Assembly: GCA_964016885.1 (NCBI GenBank) | Contig: OZ024740.1 | Coordinates: 125,612,001-125,676,000, forward strand | Source of the DNA: Eledone cirrhosa | Lineage: Eukaryota | DNA length: 64,000 nt | Direction: 5' to 3' | Shown here: piece by piece, positions 39,458-53,246 of the stretch | Position numbering within the stretch: the first letter of the stretch is position 1 | How the letters are laid out: each line of letters begins with the position of its first letter | Position numbers and translations under genes: made by a program | Notes under the pieces: model-generated | Database searches by the model: none | Told to the model about the DNA's origin: nothing | The model's input: the letters and a program-made list of their open reading frames with translations, nothing else

Positions 39458-40238
39458 TATATATATATATATATACGTACATCTGCTTTACCCTACCCCA
39501 ACACCAACTAAAACACTAACAGATCACTACGACCTCACCCACTAATCAGAATACTACACCCCACCTCTCTACCTCTTCACTCCATCCACACACTGCTACT
39601 CTATACCACCTATACGTACAACCCTGACACCACCATACACACACACATACAAACGTACACACTCACATTTTTTTTATACCTCACTAATTTACTAACTGAC
39701 CCACTGCTCCTACACACCTGCCTGTAGACACACCCACAGACACTCATCTGCACACATGCATTTCTACACACATACACGCAATCGCATATACTCACACATA
39801 TATAATTTACTAATAAATCCCCCTGCACACACACCTATATACGAAAAAACAATAGTAACATCATACATACTCACAATCATGCTCACCATTCACACACATG
39901 CTTTTTTGACTCACATATTAAAAACAATCATTAACATCACATACACTCATATTCTCACAATCACACCAACAAAAAAAATATGCAATCAACATCACATACA
40001 CATACACACACACTTACAGATACACATACACACACACAAAACCAATACCCAACATACTTCTCTTAATATAACACTGAGACCAATTTGAAGCCCCGCATTC
40101 ATTTCCCCCTTTGACACATACACACACTGCCACCCTCTACCATCCACCCTGGACATATACCACCCCTATTATTTTTATCTTTATTTGTTATTATTTTTTA
40201 ACTCTCCCTTTCGTGTATCTGTTCTCCCCCTATCTGAA

Positions 40239-40275
40239 CTTTCCTGAAGAATGACTTCTGTCCAAAACGTCAAAG
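40239..40275 (+). ncRNA. Decayed minimal hammerhead motif
   Basis: ctttc CTGAAGA at gac ttct gtc c AAAAC GTC aaag; GAAAC has become AAAAC, consistent with CpG decay. Confidence 0.5.
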
Positions 40276-40362
40276 CCTTTTTCACTTCCACCAAGCATGA
40301 ACATAGTATAACTGTGTAAAAATTGCCTACTATGTTTTGTTCCTTTTTCATCCATATCTATC

Positions 40363-40446
<84 letters not shown>

Positions 40447-40553
40447 TATATAGTAATAATAATAAATATATATATGTTTATCCTGGGTTCAATCGGGGTA
40501 ACCACAATAAGTAATGTATTCAATACAAGCAGATTATAAATATAAATATATAG

Positions 40554-40639
40554 AAATGGCTTCTACAGGACTTAAAGCAAAGCTTTCCTGATGATTTCTT
40601 CCAAATGAAACAACAGTACTAGTCCTGTAGAAGCCATTT
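40554..40639 (+). ncRNA. Hammerhead core enclosed by a perfect 19-bp inverted repeat
   Basis: AAATGGCTTCTACAGGACT..CTGATGA ttt cttcc aaa t GAAAC aaca GTA ct AGTCCTGTAGAAGCCATTT. Confidence 0.5.
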
Positions 40640-41813
40640 ATATATATATGTGTGTGAAGTAATTCCGTTGGAAAGGTACAGGAAAAAAGAGTGGTCTATG
40701 TAGGTTACAGAGCTTATTAGTTATCTCTCTATATATATATATACACGCATGTAAAGATGTGTGTGTGTGCATTAAAAATGCTAATATCGTTTTCATACAA
40801 CCACCTCTCCATGTTGTGTGTAAGGTGATCAGCAAAGAATGTAGAGACAAGCAGTCTTTCTCAGACGAATTTTTTTTTTAAATCATAAAAGTTACATTCT
40901 AAATTCATTATTGTCTATGTAAAAACAAAGAATGATTTGTTCCAATTCAATTAGCTTTATTATCAGAGATTCAAATACAGGAAATTTAAGGAAATAGTAA
41001 CAAATGAATTTTTTGTTTCTCTGTTGTACGTACAAAAAATTATACATTAGTTACAAACACTTCATGAAGGATATTTTAGTCACTGAGTCTGGACTTGCTG
41101 CCATTTTGTTGAATTATTATAATGTCTAAACTTTCATTACAAAATATTCTTTTCTGGTTAATGGTTAATTTGAGCACCATTTAAAGTTTCACCACGATCA
41201 CTAATTGCAAAGATTGAAAAATAATTCACATTTTTACATTTGTAGTTATGTTTTTGTTTGTGAACCCATTATTTCTATTGTCTGTTTGTTTTTCTTTCAA
41301 ATCTTGGAATTTTTGTTTCTTGTATTTCAATATTTTCAATATTTCCCAAAATATGAAATGTAATCTGAAATAACAAAGAAAGAAACATTTTGTAAAATTG
41401 AAATTATTATATGAAGAGTATCCTGTTTCATAACTTCATCAAAATTGTTTGAAATGGTTTTTAAAATATTTCTAATGTTACCAAATAGTAACTGTTTTAT
41501 GTTAGGAGTTATTTAACTTGCCATTGGCAAAGATTAATCCATATGTAATTTGAGCTTTTGAAAATATTCTGAAAACTAGAAACTAAAACTGTTAGTTTCG
41601 GAAAGTTTTATATTTTTGGAAATCATGATATGTTCACAACTTCATTGTATAATTTAATAGCGAATGGTTTACTGTGTTTACATCGATGTTTTCATGCTAA
41701 CATTTGAACTGTAAATTTTTAATTTCTTCCAAATATAACTGAAATACATCTTGGAAATATCTCAATATATTCAACACACCAGGAGAGATTACCTTCTTAT
41801 TAATGTGAGAGAG

Positions 41814-41889
<76 letters not shown>

Positions 41890-42560
41890 TGTGTGTGTGT
41901 ATTTGTGCTTAATCAGTATGAGAGTCTATATATCTAATGTTATGATGAGGGGAGTCTGTTTATCATTCTTTCTTGAATTCTCTATTTGAAATGAGTTTGC
42001 CTTAAATTATTCAAGGGTGAATGACAGCCACATAATCAATGATTTCAAGTTCCTCTAGAGTCGATTCTGCCTTTGATCATTCCAGGGTGGATGAAATATA
42101 TATCAGTTTCGGTTTGTCATACTATTTCTTCTTACTATTTCTATACAAAAGAAAATTTCCAATTCCAAAAGAAAACTCATTACTCATTTTCAAGACACTG
42201 ATCAGAAGGATTTGTATTTCCATTGTTTCAAAATACAAATTCTGATCCATGCATCTAACATAGAGACGAACATTCATTCACTGTGCGTGACACAAATATC
42301 CCTTATTTCACTAGGCTATAAATTATAATTTGAGACAAAATGTCAAGGGAAAATAGCCAGTTGTCATCAGTTTTAGAATATAGTAGATTCCATCTAAATT
42401 CATGAATGTAGAATTGAAAAAACAACAGAAGAACTAATAGTACATCAGCTACTATTACATTATTTATATAATTTTTATAATGATGATGGTTTTCTATATA
42501 GTTATATATGTTATATATAGAATTTCTATCTTTGATATGCTATTCACATTTCAATATATA

Positions 42561-43393
42561 CCATATATACTCAAATATAAGCCAATCTGGATATAAACTG
42601 ACCCCACATATTCTATGTCTAAGAAATAGGTGAAAACAAACCCTGTTTAATAGCTGAGGCAGCTAATCATACAATGTTTAGATGGGGTGGTTTAAAAATT
42701 ATCATAAGTCTAATAAAATATATTTATGAAGTTTTACTATTTTGATATAGAAAATGTTTTAAGTGCTGCTTAGAGTATAGTTTTCGTTTCATAACTCCAT
42801 TGCTTAATTGGTTCCCATTATCTTAAGTTTCAACAAGTCTCTTAAATTTTGTTTAATTCTGGCCACTCACTTGCTAGGAGTACTTTGAAAGCAAGAGATC
42901 AAATAAGAGAACTTTGTATAGGGATTCATAGAATAGAAGAGGAGGGAGATACAGCATGTGAGAGCGAGGGAAGGCACAGCAAGAGAAAGAGAAGGTGAAA
43001 GCAAGAAGGGAAAGAGAGCAGGAGCAATAAAATCAAATTAGAAGTAAGATTGAAAGAAAAAGATATTGTCAGAGAAAAATATGTATGGGTGTGCATGCAT
43101 GAGTGTGGATGTGTGTGCATATTTGTATATGGGATATTTATGTATTAAAAAGTTTAAATTATAAAAGATTGTTGGAAATATATTTAAGGGAATGCATACA
43201 TAATGCCAACAGCAATGTGATAAATGTAGTTTCATTGTAAAATAATTACTCAAGATATATTAACACCATATTTATTTAGAATTTTAAGTTGGTCAAAATC
43301 ATCAAAATATTGAGCCCAAATATAAGCCAACCCCTATTTTACTATCGAATTTTTGGGTCATATATTTCTCGGCTTTTATTTGAGTATATATGG
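42561..43393. mobile_element. Non-autonomous pogo/Tc-mariner-like DNA element
   Basis: TIRs CCATATATACTCAAATATAAGCC and GGCTTTTATTTGAGTATATATGG; subterminal AATATAAGCCAA repeat. Confidence 0.7.
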
Positions 43394-43439
43394 AAATGAT
43401 TAACCTTCACTGCCTGAGCTTATAGATATGAATTATAGA

Positions 43440-44045
43440 ATGTTACGTTGAGATTAAGTGAAATGTGAGGAGTTGCACTGAAGCAGGTGGAAAAGTTCAA
43501 TATCTTAGGGCTATATTCATGAGTGATGGAAGGCAAGAGGTTGAATTAAGTGCAAGAATTGTAGTAGCTGGTGCAGTAATGTGCTAGCATTAGCATTTGT
43601 TCATCAGAAGTAGAGAGATAAGTGTAAAAGTCAAACTTGCCATCTTCAGTTTGGTATACATTGTCATGAATCTTGGGTAAAAATCGAAATAATATGATTG
43701 CAAATACAAGTAGCTGAAGGGTCTTTGGAATAAACATTACTCATTAGACTATGCAGCTCAGAGATCTCTCTGAATTGAGGGATCACAGCTCTGATACTAT
43801 GGGCATGTGGTTAAAACGTCTCAGGAAAGGATCACTGGACAAACTGTATGGGCAAAACCAACTGACAGGAAAGCATGGGCTAGACCCCAAACACAAAGGT
43901 TAGATAATATATATGAGCTCATTGTGGCTCACTTTTGGATCCAGCCAGATCAACGGAAAATAGTTGCAGCAGACAGGACCCACTGAAAGATGTACTTGAG
44001 GATTATGCCTGCACAACCTTCCCAGGATTAAGTGGTCAAAGAAGA
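43440..44045 (+). mobile_element. RTE-like LINE 3' region (second family), decayed
   Basis: LKQVEKFNILG; QL*YYGHVVKTSQERITGQTVWAKPTDRKAWARP. Confidence 0.7.
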
Positions 44046-45356
44046 CATTGAAATTATTTTATTTACAAATGAAGCTTGATCCTCTCATTAGTTGCAGTGG
44101 CTTGTGTGAGGCCAGAAGAGTTGAACACAATATGGATAATGAGGATGGATTGGTGAGGCTCAACTAGGAATCTGAGTGTAGAGAACTGGTGTTAGAAGAG
44201 CAGACTGAAGTACATACCTTACAAAACGACACACCGCAAGAAAGGTTTGAACACATAACCCTGGAATTAGTTATTTGATGCTTCAACTTGATAGTAATTG
44301 CAAGCTTGTTAAAGATTGCAGCATATGAAATAATAGTTGAAATATTTTTTTTATTATATCAATGCAAAATTCTTTTGAAGCTTTTCTTTTAAATTGTAGT
44401 GTATAAGTAATAGGCAAGCATTTATTTTTTATATATTTTTAATATGAAAAAATTGAAATAATTATAGATATAAAAACAAATGGATTCTAATCATAGAATC
44501 AAGTTTAAAAAACTTACAAGCAGAATTCATATAGGCTTATAATATTTTGTAACTATGCTATTAACCTCTTCCGTTATTTTTTGAAATCTTTGAATTTTGA
44601 AGTTAATGATAATATCTGTATAATTTTTTTAAATTTTGAATCATTACAAATTGAGCACTATACAATTATGTTTTAACTATTTGACTTTTGCATCTATTTG
44701 ATATTTAAACAATATTTCATTTTTTTATCTTCCCAAAAAATGGAACTCATTTACATTGATTCTTTGAGTCATAAAAGGTGTAATGGAATCTTTATGAAAT
44801 ATTTTAGAAGGTAAACTTTTACAAATTAAGCACTTTCTTTAATAGTTTTAACTATATATACTGTTGAATATGATTCAATGCTTCAATTTTATATTTTTGA
44901 AAATATAATGAAGGCCATATTAAAGTATTTTAATCTTGAAATCCATGATATATAAGATAAAAAAACGTTTCGAATAGGAAATCTTCAAGAGTAATTCTTT
45001 AAATACCAATAAAATCTGTGACAAATGCTGACATTTCATACTGAAGATAACATAACAAACATTGATGCTTCAGTAGGAAAGTAGCTTTTAAATTCAATTC
45101 TTAGATGTTTTTTTTTTTTTTAATGGCACTAAAGCTTTCATTGCTTTGTTAGAAATATCACAAATCAAAGAGATTAAAAAAATCTTTTAAATCTTACTCA
45201 AAATATTAAGCAATGGATTGAAAAATCTGATCATGTTTTACTGAAAGGAAATAATATTGAACATTTTTAAGTACCTGAAAAAGATTGTAAGTGGTATGTT
45301 AAATAAGTAATTTCTGAAAAGGAATGTATTCCTACATATTTCTATGACAAAGGTAA

Positions 45357-45566
45357 TTAAAACCTTTAGCATTTTAACCGGCCGTATCCTCCCAACTCTT
45401 TCTGTTCAATCAGGGCTGTAACTGGCTACTCATACTGATGTTAAGGTATTGTTCTCAAAATAAATAACCTCAAAATCTCATAGATTCAATATTATGTGAG
45501 CTAAATAGTGTTTACTCTGAAAATATGATAATAAATATAGAGTAATGTAAATGCTAAAGAGTTAAA
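45357..45566. mobile_element. TTAA-flanked MITE (piggyBac-like ends)
   Basis: TTAA..CCTTTAGCATTT ... AAATGCTAAAGAGTTAA inverted termini. Confidence 0.6.
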
Positions 45567-45822
45567 CGATATTGTTGCAATGAGATAGGGTTACATTCGA
45601 TATTTTTAACTCATGTCCTATTATTCTAGCTAATGCCTTTTAAAGAAAATGTACTATGGGTTTAGTAATTGATAAATATGTCTCTATTAAAATGTAATAC
45701 AATCTATTGCAAGTCAAGGTTTGTTATTAAATCTCTGCTTGGAAATATACAAGAATTGAATACTGAAAATACATTAAACATTTACTGTTAATGATTAGTG
45801 GTTATTGATTATGTTTATTCAT

Positions 45823-45957
45823 CTTGAGGCAAGAGTGATTGTCTTGCTCGACAGTCCTATGCGAGCAAGAAAATCACTCTTGCCTCAAGTGGGAATACCC
45901 CCGTCCAAACCCATGCAAGCGTGGAACACGGACATTAAACGTTGATGATGATGATGA
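45823..45957 (+). mobile_element. Short RTE tail with a 5' fold-back duplication
   Basis: Matches 14788-14895; 28-bp inverted copy at its 5' end. Confidence 0.8.
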
Positions 45958-45974
45958 TCTTCCAAAGAAACTTC

Positions 45975-46412
45975 AGTATTAATTAAACTCAGTTCCTATA
46001 TTACTTAATCCCAAACCCAGTATATACCAAACCTAGTTGCTGTACCAACCTGTACATATTATTTAATCAGCCAATTCAAATACTTTATTCTTATGTTATT
46101 CAACTTAATTCCTATGTTAACCAAAATTAAACCTTGTATTAGATGAACCCTGTATTAACCAAACCCAAACCTTACTTCCTCTATTGATTACATCTAATCC
46201 CTGTATTAATCAAACCCAATCGTTGTATTAACTAAATTCAATCACCTTATCTCTCTATTAACTATCCCAAACTCTGTATTACTCAAATCTAATCCCTGTG
46301 TTAACCAATCTCAATTTCTTTTTAGCCAATCGAAATACTCGTATTAATTAAAACCAGTCCTGGTATTACCCTGTCTTAGCAAAACAAAGTCCATGTACTA
46401 ACCAAATCCAAT
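45975..46412. repeat. Decayed ~22-bp minisatellite (CCCTGTATTAACCAAACCCAAT-like)
   Basis: Recurrent CTGTATTAA.CAAA.CCAA units. Confidence 0.7.
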
Positions 46413-46657
46413 CTAACCCTTTCATTATCATATTTCTAATGAAAGACATTGCCTATGATTTTCAAATAATTTGGAAATAATCAAGAATTTGAAGGATTTA
46501 ATAATGTAACAAATTTTGTCATTATTAAGTTGCTGTTTGGAACAACTAAACAAAGATTATTACATAAATGTGTCATGGGGGAGTTTTGATAAATATAAAT
46601 ATGTTTTGTATGTAAGAAACAGGAAAGGTTACAGGTAATTTAGTCTCAAAAGGTTAA
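46413..46657. mobile_element. TTAA-ended MITE
   Basis: Starts CTAACCCTTTC and ends AAAAGGTTAA; interior similar to 16170-16431. Confidence 0.6.
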
Positions 46658-47102
46658 TCATGACTAATTATTTTATATCATAAACTAAAAATCTTCTCTG
46701 ATGGTGGTGTTTAACAATGTTTATAGATTTCAACACAATAATATCCTATATAGAATGTTAGCAGGTAACTTACTCAGAAGCCCTAAAATCTATTATTCAT
46801 CTCAGTCATATATTCAAGTGATGTCTCTTCTAGAGATATAATAATATACATACTCATTCAATCCATGAAGCTGTTAGTCAACATACCTTACACATTAGGC
46901 CATTTTGAACCTTCCTTTTATTTCTTTTATTCTTTTACGGCGGTTAGGCATTAGACTGCAGCCTTGCTGTGTTTAGTTTCAAGTTTGGTACTTATTTTAG
47001 CAATCTTTATTTGTTGAATCACAATGAAACATGAAAGAATAGTAAAAATAAACACAGACATGGACACATATGCATAATATATACTCTCTCTATATATATA
47101 TA

Positions 47103-49505
47103 TATCATCATCATTTACGTCAGTTCTTCCATGCTAGCATTGGTTGTCCTGTTGTGGACAGTGTCCGGTCAGCTGACCTTGTCTTGCTCATACGGAAACT
47201 GATTCTGTATTACTGCATGATGCCAGAGGTCACTGTCGTGGCCATTGCCCTTGAGAGGTGCAATTGGGTAAGGTCGGCTTTTATCACCTCATCCCAGGTC
47301 TTCTTGGGTCTCCCCATTCCATGGCTTCCATCGACTTCTACTGCTCTGCACCTTTTTATGCAGCTGTCATACTTCATATGCATCACATGGCCATGCCAAC
47401 GTAACCTCCACTCCTGCACACAGAATTTGATTCCTCTTATGCTCAGTCTCTCTCTCAAGATTATGATTTGCCGTTCACATATATTACTATTACACATTCA
47501 TCGGAGCATGCAAGCTTCGTTTCTTTCTAATCTGTGCAAGTCTTCTACAGACAGTGCCCAGGTTTTAATACCATGTAACATTGCTGTTCATATACACGCA
47601 TCATAGAGTCTGCCTTTCATTTTGAGGGAAAAGCCTTTTGCAGCTAGCAGTGGCAGTAGCTCCCTGAACTTCTTCAATTCCATTCATACCCTAGTTATTG
47701 TACTTTCCAAACACCTGCTAATTCGATCACCTAGGTAGCAGAAGCTGTCTACTGTTTCTACAGAGTGCTCCCACAGTTTGGTGGTGCTTGTTTCCTGTGG
47801 TCGTTTGTGCTTGCTGTCCCAGTGCAGCTGCTACATATGAAGCGTACATTCTTAGTTAAACTTCCTGATATCCCACTACATCTCTTGTGTACCCTTTGTT
47901 TGCATTTGGGGCAGAGGATAGAGTTCCTACCTACACCTTTCCTACATACTGAGCAAGGCCATTTGCCTGAGAGGATCTGGGTTCTGTTTTCTCGTCTACT
48001 TACAAGAACTTTAGTCTTTGTCAGGTTGACTTTGAAACCCTTTCTTTCTAGTCCCTGTTTCCATGTTTGGAATTTCTTCTCTAGTTCCACCATGGATTCA
48101 GCTATAAGTGCGAGATCATCTGCATATAGGAGTTCCCATGGGCATCCGGTCTTAAACTCATCTGTTATTGCCTGCAGGACTATAATGAACAGGAGAGGGC
48201 TAAGAACAGAGCCCTGGTGAACACCGACCTGTATGCTAAATTCCTCGATATACTTATTGCTAACTCTAACTTTGCTGACTGCTCCTCTATACATGGCTTG
48301 TACAGCTTTCACAAGCCATTCATCTACTCCTAATTTTTTAAGAGCCAACCAGATTATAGCACGGGGCACTCTGTTGAAGGCTTTTTCCAGATCGACGAAT
48401 GCCAGGTAGAGCAGCTTACTTTTAGCTAGGTACTTATCCTGTAACTGCCTCACAAGGAAGAGGGTATCAGTGGTGCCTTTTCCTGGTACAAACCCAAATT
48501 GCATCTCATCTAATTTCACCCGGTACCTAATCAACTGTGCTATAACTCTTTTCATTTCTTTCATGACCTGGTCCATCAGCTGTATACCTCTATAGTTTCC
48601 TCTATCTAATGCATCACCTTTACTTTAGTAGCAGTTGACAATGATGCTGCTACACCAATCCTTTGGTATGATACCCTCTAGTATTACCTGGTTAACAATT
48701 TGTGTGGTTATGGTGTTACCTACCAACCCAGATGCCTTCAGCATCTTGGCAGCTATACCCGATAGACAGGTTGCCTTCCCTGTCATCATATCTTTGATTG
48801 CCTTACTTACTACGCTGCTGCTGACTTGTACTGCTGACCCTTCTATAGGGTCCACTTGGGGTAGGGTCTCTTTTTCCCATGTATTCTCCTCATTTAGTAA
48901 CCTTTCATAATGGCTCTTCCACACAGCTTTCTTCTCAGCACTTGTAAGGGCAAGCTCACCATTATCATTTCGGATACACTTCTCTCCAATGACATCAAAA
49001 TTATCTCTGATACACTGCCTCACAATCTTGAACACCTCTTGTTTCTGGTCCTCACATTGCAAAACATGCTTGAATTTTCTATCCTCTGCTTCCCTTCTAG
49101 CTAAGTATATTGTTGCCTAGTTTCCCTCCTGGTCTCTATGTAATGTACCCTGCTACCCACCGTTCTTCCATTCTTTCCATGCCTGTCTCTTAGCCTTAAC
49201 TGCCTCATCTACCTTATTGTTCCACCACCAAGTCACTCTCCTCCCTGTAGACTTGCTCCAACCACAGATCTTGTCCGTTGCCTTTACTAAGTTATTTTTT
49301 AGGAGCTCCCAGTGCTCTTCTACATTGAATGTCTCTATCTGTTCTTCTTTACAATCATGGGCAACGAGTAGAATATCTTTAAACCTGTTACTGACTGAGG
49401 GGTTTTCAGCTTCCAGATCTTTCTTCTCCCGGTTGCCTTCAGTTTCCAGCTTTGTCTAGTTTTGACAGTGAGGTCGCTGACAACTAAGTTATGTTGGGTG
49501 GTACA
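47103..49505 (-). mobile_element. RTE LINE, longest copy (end of APE, linker, RT, PHD-like finger, C-terminus, tail), decayed
   Basis: QHNLVVSDL; WKSHYERLLNEE; IPKDWCSS; QFGFVPGKGTTD; AFVDLEKAF; VHQGSVLSPLLF; YADDL; C4HC3 finger; (CAT)n tail at 47105. Confidence 0.93.
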
Positions 49506-49506
49506 T

Positions 49507-50250
49507 GCTAGAAATGTAGTATATAGCATAAGATGTACTGAAGGACAAGGTAGAGATAAAAATATAGTGTACATAGGTGAGACAGCTCGTAGTATAGGGA
49601 AACGGATAAATGAACTCTGGCGAGACCTTCAAATTAGTAATGAATCATCTGTACTCTACCAACATGCTAAAATAGAACATAAGGGTAAATTAGAGAACAT
49701 AGAAATTAAAATAGAATCTACACACAGAAAAGACGCAATGTTTAGACAAATCACAGAGGCAATAAACATAAATGAACTCCAATCAAAATTAAATAGAAAA
49801 CATGAGTGGAACAGCAACATCACAACTTATAATTAAGGACAAAATGAAAACACACACGCACATAGAACAAACAACCAACCAGTAACATGTAAATAAACAA
49901 ATAAATAAACGAATATAAACACACACAGACACTCGGATGTAACACATGCGCAAACTAAGCACACAACACACACACAAAAACAATATGGCGTAGGACAGAA
50001 CAAAGGAGAGGCACAAAAAACAAAGAAAAGAATCCCATTCACTGAAGAGGTCACAGAATGTGTGACGAAAGAACTTTGACAATATATAAACAATCCATCC
50101 GGTTGTGGAACCAACCAACCAACCGGAAATTTATAAATTCCTAAATTTATAAATTTATTATAATAAATTGAAGTGAAAGCAACTGGTGCGTGTGTTTCTT
50201 ATTGGCAACATGACCCTCACAAAGTTTAACAATATCAGTTTCAACACACG
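49507..50250 (+). mobile_element. Penelope-like element 3' fragment (GIY-YIG plus pLTR), third PLE family
   Basis: RNVVYSIRC..VYIGETARSIGKRINE..RQITEAINI..LNRKHEW; near-identical to 61989-62700. Confidence 0.85.
50038..50080 (+). ncRNA. Minimal hammerhead ribozyme in the PLE 3' region
   Basis: ttca CTGAAGA g gtcaca gaatg tgtgac GAAAG aa CTT tgac. Confidence 0.65.
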
Positions 50251-50479
50251 TTTTCAGATAAAGAATCTTGCTAAACAAATATATAAATATATATATATAT
50301 GAATGTATATATAATGTATTTTGCAATACACTTTATGCTTAATTAAAAGCATTTTGAAGACCGTATGCTATTGTTTAAGAGTAGTGACAAACTCACTTAC
50401 TTTAAGCTCAGCAAACAAGGGGAGATAAGCCTACAAGGCCTTGTTTCGCATTTATATATATATATATGTATATGTATAA

Positions 50480-50531
<52 letters not shown>

Positions 50532-50627
50532 CGAGGGAAACGTGGTAAGGAACCAGGTGGACCATAACGCACCAAAGTACTCAATACTTAGGGTAGTAGA
50601 GTGGGTAATAGGAAATACATATATATG

Positions 50628-50675
<48 letters not shown>

Positions 50676-50679
<4 letters not shown>

Positions 50680-52013
50680 AACATAAATTATCGAGATTCG
50701 CATGTTAATACAAGGACTGACTATTGCTGACCCCACGTGGGGATCGGCAAGGGAGGCAGCCCCTATATCAGGCGAATACATTCAGTTGTGTATATGTTTG
50801 CAAGAATGCAAAACATCACAAATCGAATAGAATTCTCAACAGACGGGTTAAAATTAACATAAGCTATTCAGCAGTCAATAGAATCAACTAAAAAAATCAA
50901 GAAAATTAACTGGTCAATAGCTGGAGTCTGGAGATAAATACAAACATAAATTATCGAGATTCGCATTTCGGCCCACGAAATAATTAAAAACAACCTCCGA
51001 GATGTGTGGCAAGTGCTCAATGATTCAGATGAACCAGAGCTATAACAAACGTTAAAGGCCAAACACACTGAGACGATGGTTAAACAATCATTCAAAAAAA
51101 CGATCAAGTAATTCGGGTATTGAAAATTTACCCGGACCCCTGGAAGGTTGGTAAGATCCAGTATTTGGGTTTCTGCGGCTTCTAAATCAAGTACCGTCCG
51201 CTTACATAAATAATGTCAGGCTTCTGGTAAGATGATTGAATAAGGAAGCCACTTTCTCAACAGGTTTTAGTTCAATGTTAATACAAGGACTGACTATTGC
51301 TGAGTCCACGTGGGAATCAGCAAGGGAGGCAGCCCCTATATCAGGCGAATAAATTCAGTTGTGTATATTTTTGCAAGAATGCAAAATCATCACAAATCGA
51401 ATAGAGTTCTCAACAGAAGGGTTAAAATTAACATAAGCTATTCATCAGTCAATAGAATGAACTAAAAAATCAATAAAATTAACTGGTCAATAGGTAGAGT
51501 CTGGAGATAAATACAAACATAAATTATCGAGATTCGCATTTCGGCCCACGAAATAATGAAAAACAACCTCCGAGATGTGTGGCAAGTGCTCAATGATTCA
51601 GATGAACCAGAGTTATAACAAACGTTAAAGGCCAAACACACTGAGACGATGGTTAAACAATCATTCGCATAGCCAAAAAAAAAACGATCAAATAATTTGG
51701 GTATTGAAAATTTACCCGGACCCCTGGAAGGTTGGTAAGATCCAGTATTTGGGTTTCTGCGGCTCCTAAATAAAGTACCGTCCGCTTACATAGATAATGT
51801 CAGGCTTCTGGTAAGATGATTGAACAAGGAAGCCACTTTCTCAACGGGTTTTAGTTCAATGTTAATACAAGGACTGACTATTGTTGACTCCACGTGGGGA
51901 TCGGTAAGGGAGGCAATCCCTATATCAGGCGAATAAATTCAGTTGTGTATATTTTTGCAAGAATGCAAAAAGATCACAAATCGAATAGAGTTCTCAACAG
52001 AAGGGTTAAAATT
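50676..52013. repeat. Tandem array of ~2.3 units of 575-585 bp between (TA)n tracts
   Basis: ATGTTAATACAAGGACTGACTATTG starts at 50702, 51276 and 51859. Confidence 0.9.
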
Positions 52014-52050
<37 letters not shown>

Positions 52051-52101
52051 TTATATTTATATATATAAATATATTTATATATATAAATATATTTATATAT
52101 A

Positions 52102-52152
<51 letters not shown>

Positions 52153-52207
52153 ATATTTATATTTATATATATATATATATATATATTTATATAAATATAT
52201 ATATATT

Positions 52208-52238
<31 letters not shown>

Positions 52239-52517
52239 ATATTTGGAGAAGGTTATAGTTCACATGAAGCATTGTGTAATGAAGTATAAACGTTTGTAAA
52301 TGTATAATAAAGCCTGATTTAAGAAACACCTAGTTAAATGCAAAAACACCCACAAAACCATAACAGTTAGGATAGAAACTAAGGAAAGAAACCTCGGCAA
52401 TCTTAGAATTAAGGAAGCACTAATTATAGACAAAACACATCCACCAATCAATAATAGACTAGAACTCAACACCCAATTTATAACTTGATAGAGCTTCTAG
52501 CCCCTTATTTACACGCG

Positions 52518-52627
<110 letters not shown>

Positions 52628-52824
52628 TAAACCTCCACTTATTCTCTCTCACACATACACACACAAAACCAGTTCTAACACGAGATAACATCTATCCCCC
52701 ACATTTACGTATATACACCTAATCTTAACTCTTTGACATTAGAGATAGAACAGATACTCTATGCCATTTCCTGTCAGCATGACTTGGCAAGCTATTTAGA
52801 ACACTGGTTTAACAGTTCTATTTC

Positions 52825-52859
52825 CCTCTGAAGAAGAGATATTATCTCGAAAATTAAGG
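52825..52859 (+). ncRNA. Minimal hammerhead ribozyme (pLTR copy 1)
   Basis: cct CTGAAGA a gagat att atctc GAA AATT A agg. Confidence 0.7.
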
Positions 52860-53005
52860 ACATTTAAATAAATCTAAGGTAAAAGACTAATTGTCAACAA
52901 TATCTTTTGCATTTGCATTCTTTATTCTATGTCCATACCTGCATTGTTTTGGCTTTATTATACATATACAAACATATATATATTTATATATATATATATA
53001 TATAG

Positions 53006-53052
<47 letters not shown>

Positions 53053-53211
53053 AGGAGGTTATAGTTCACTTGAAGCATTGTGTAATGAGGTATAAACGTT
53101 TGAATATGTATAATAAAGCCAAAACAATACAGGTATGGACATAGAATAAAGAATGCAAATGCAAAAGATATTGTTGACAATTAGTCTTTTACCATAGATT
53201 TATTTAAATGT

Positions 53212-53246
53212 CCTTAATTTTCGAGATAATATCTCTTCTTCAGAGG
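53212..53246 (-). ncRNA. Minimal hammerhead ribozyme (pLTR copy 2)
   Basis: Exact reverse complement of 52825-52859. Confidence 0.7.
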
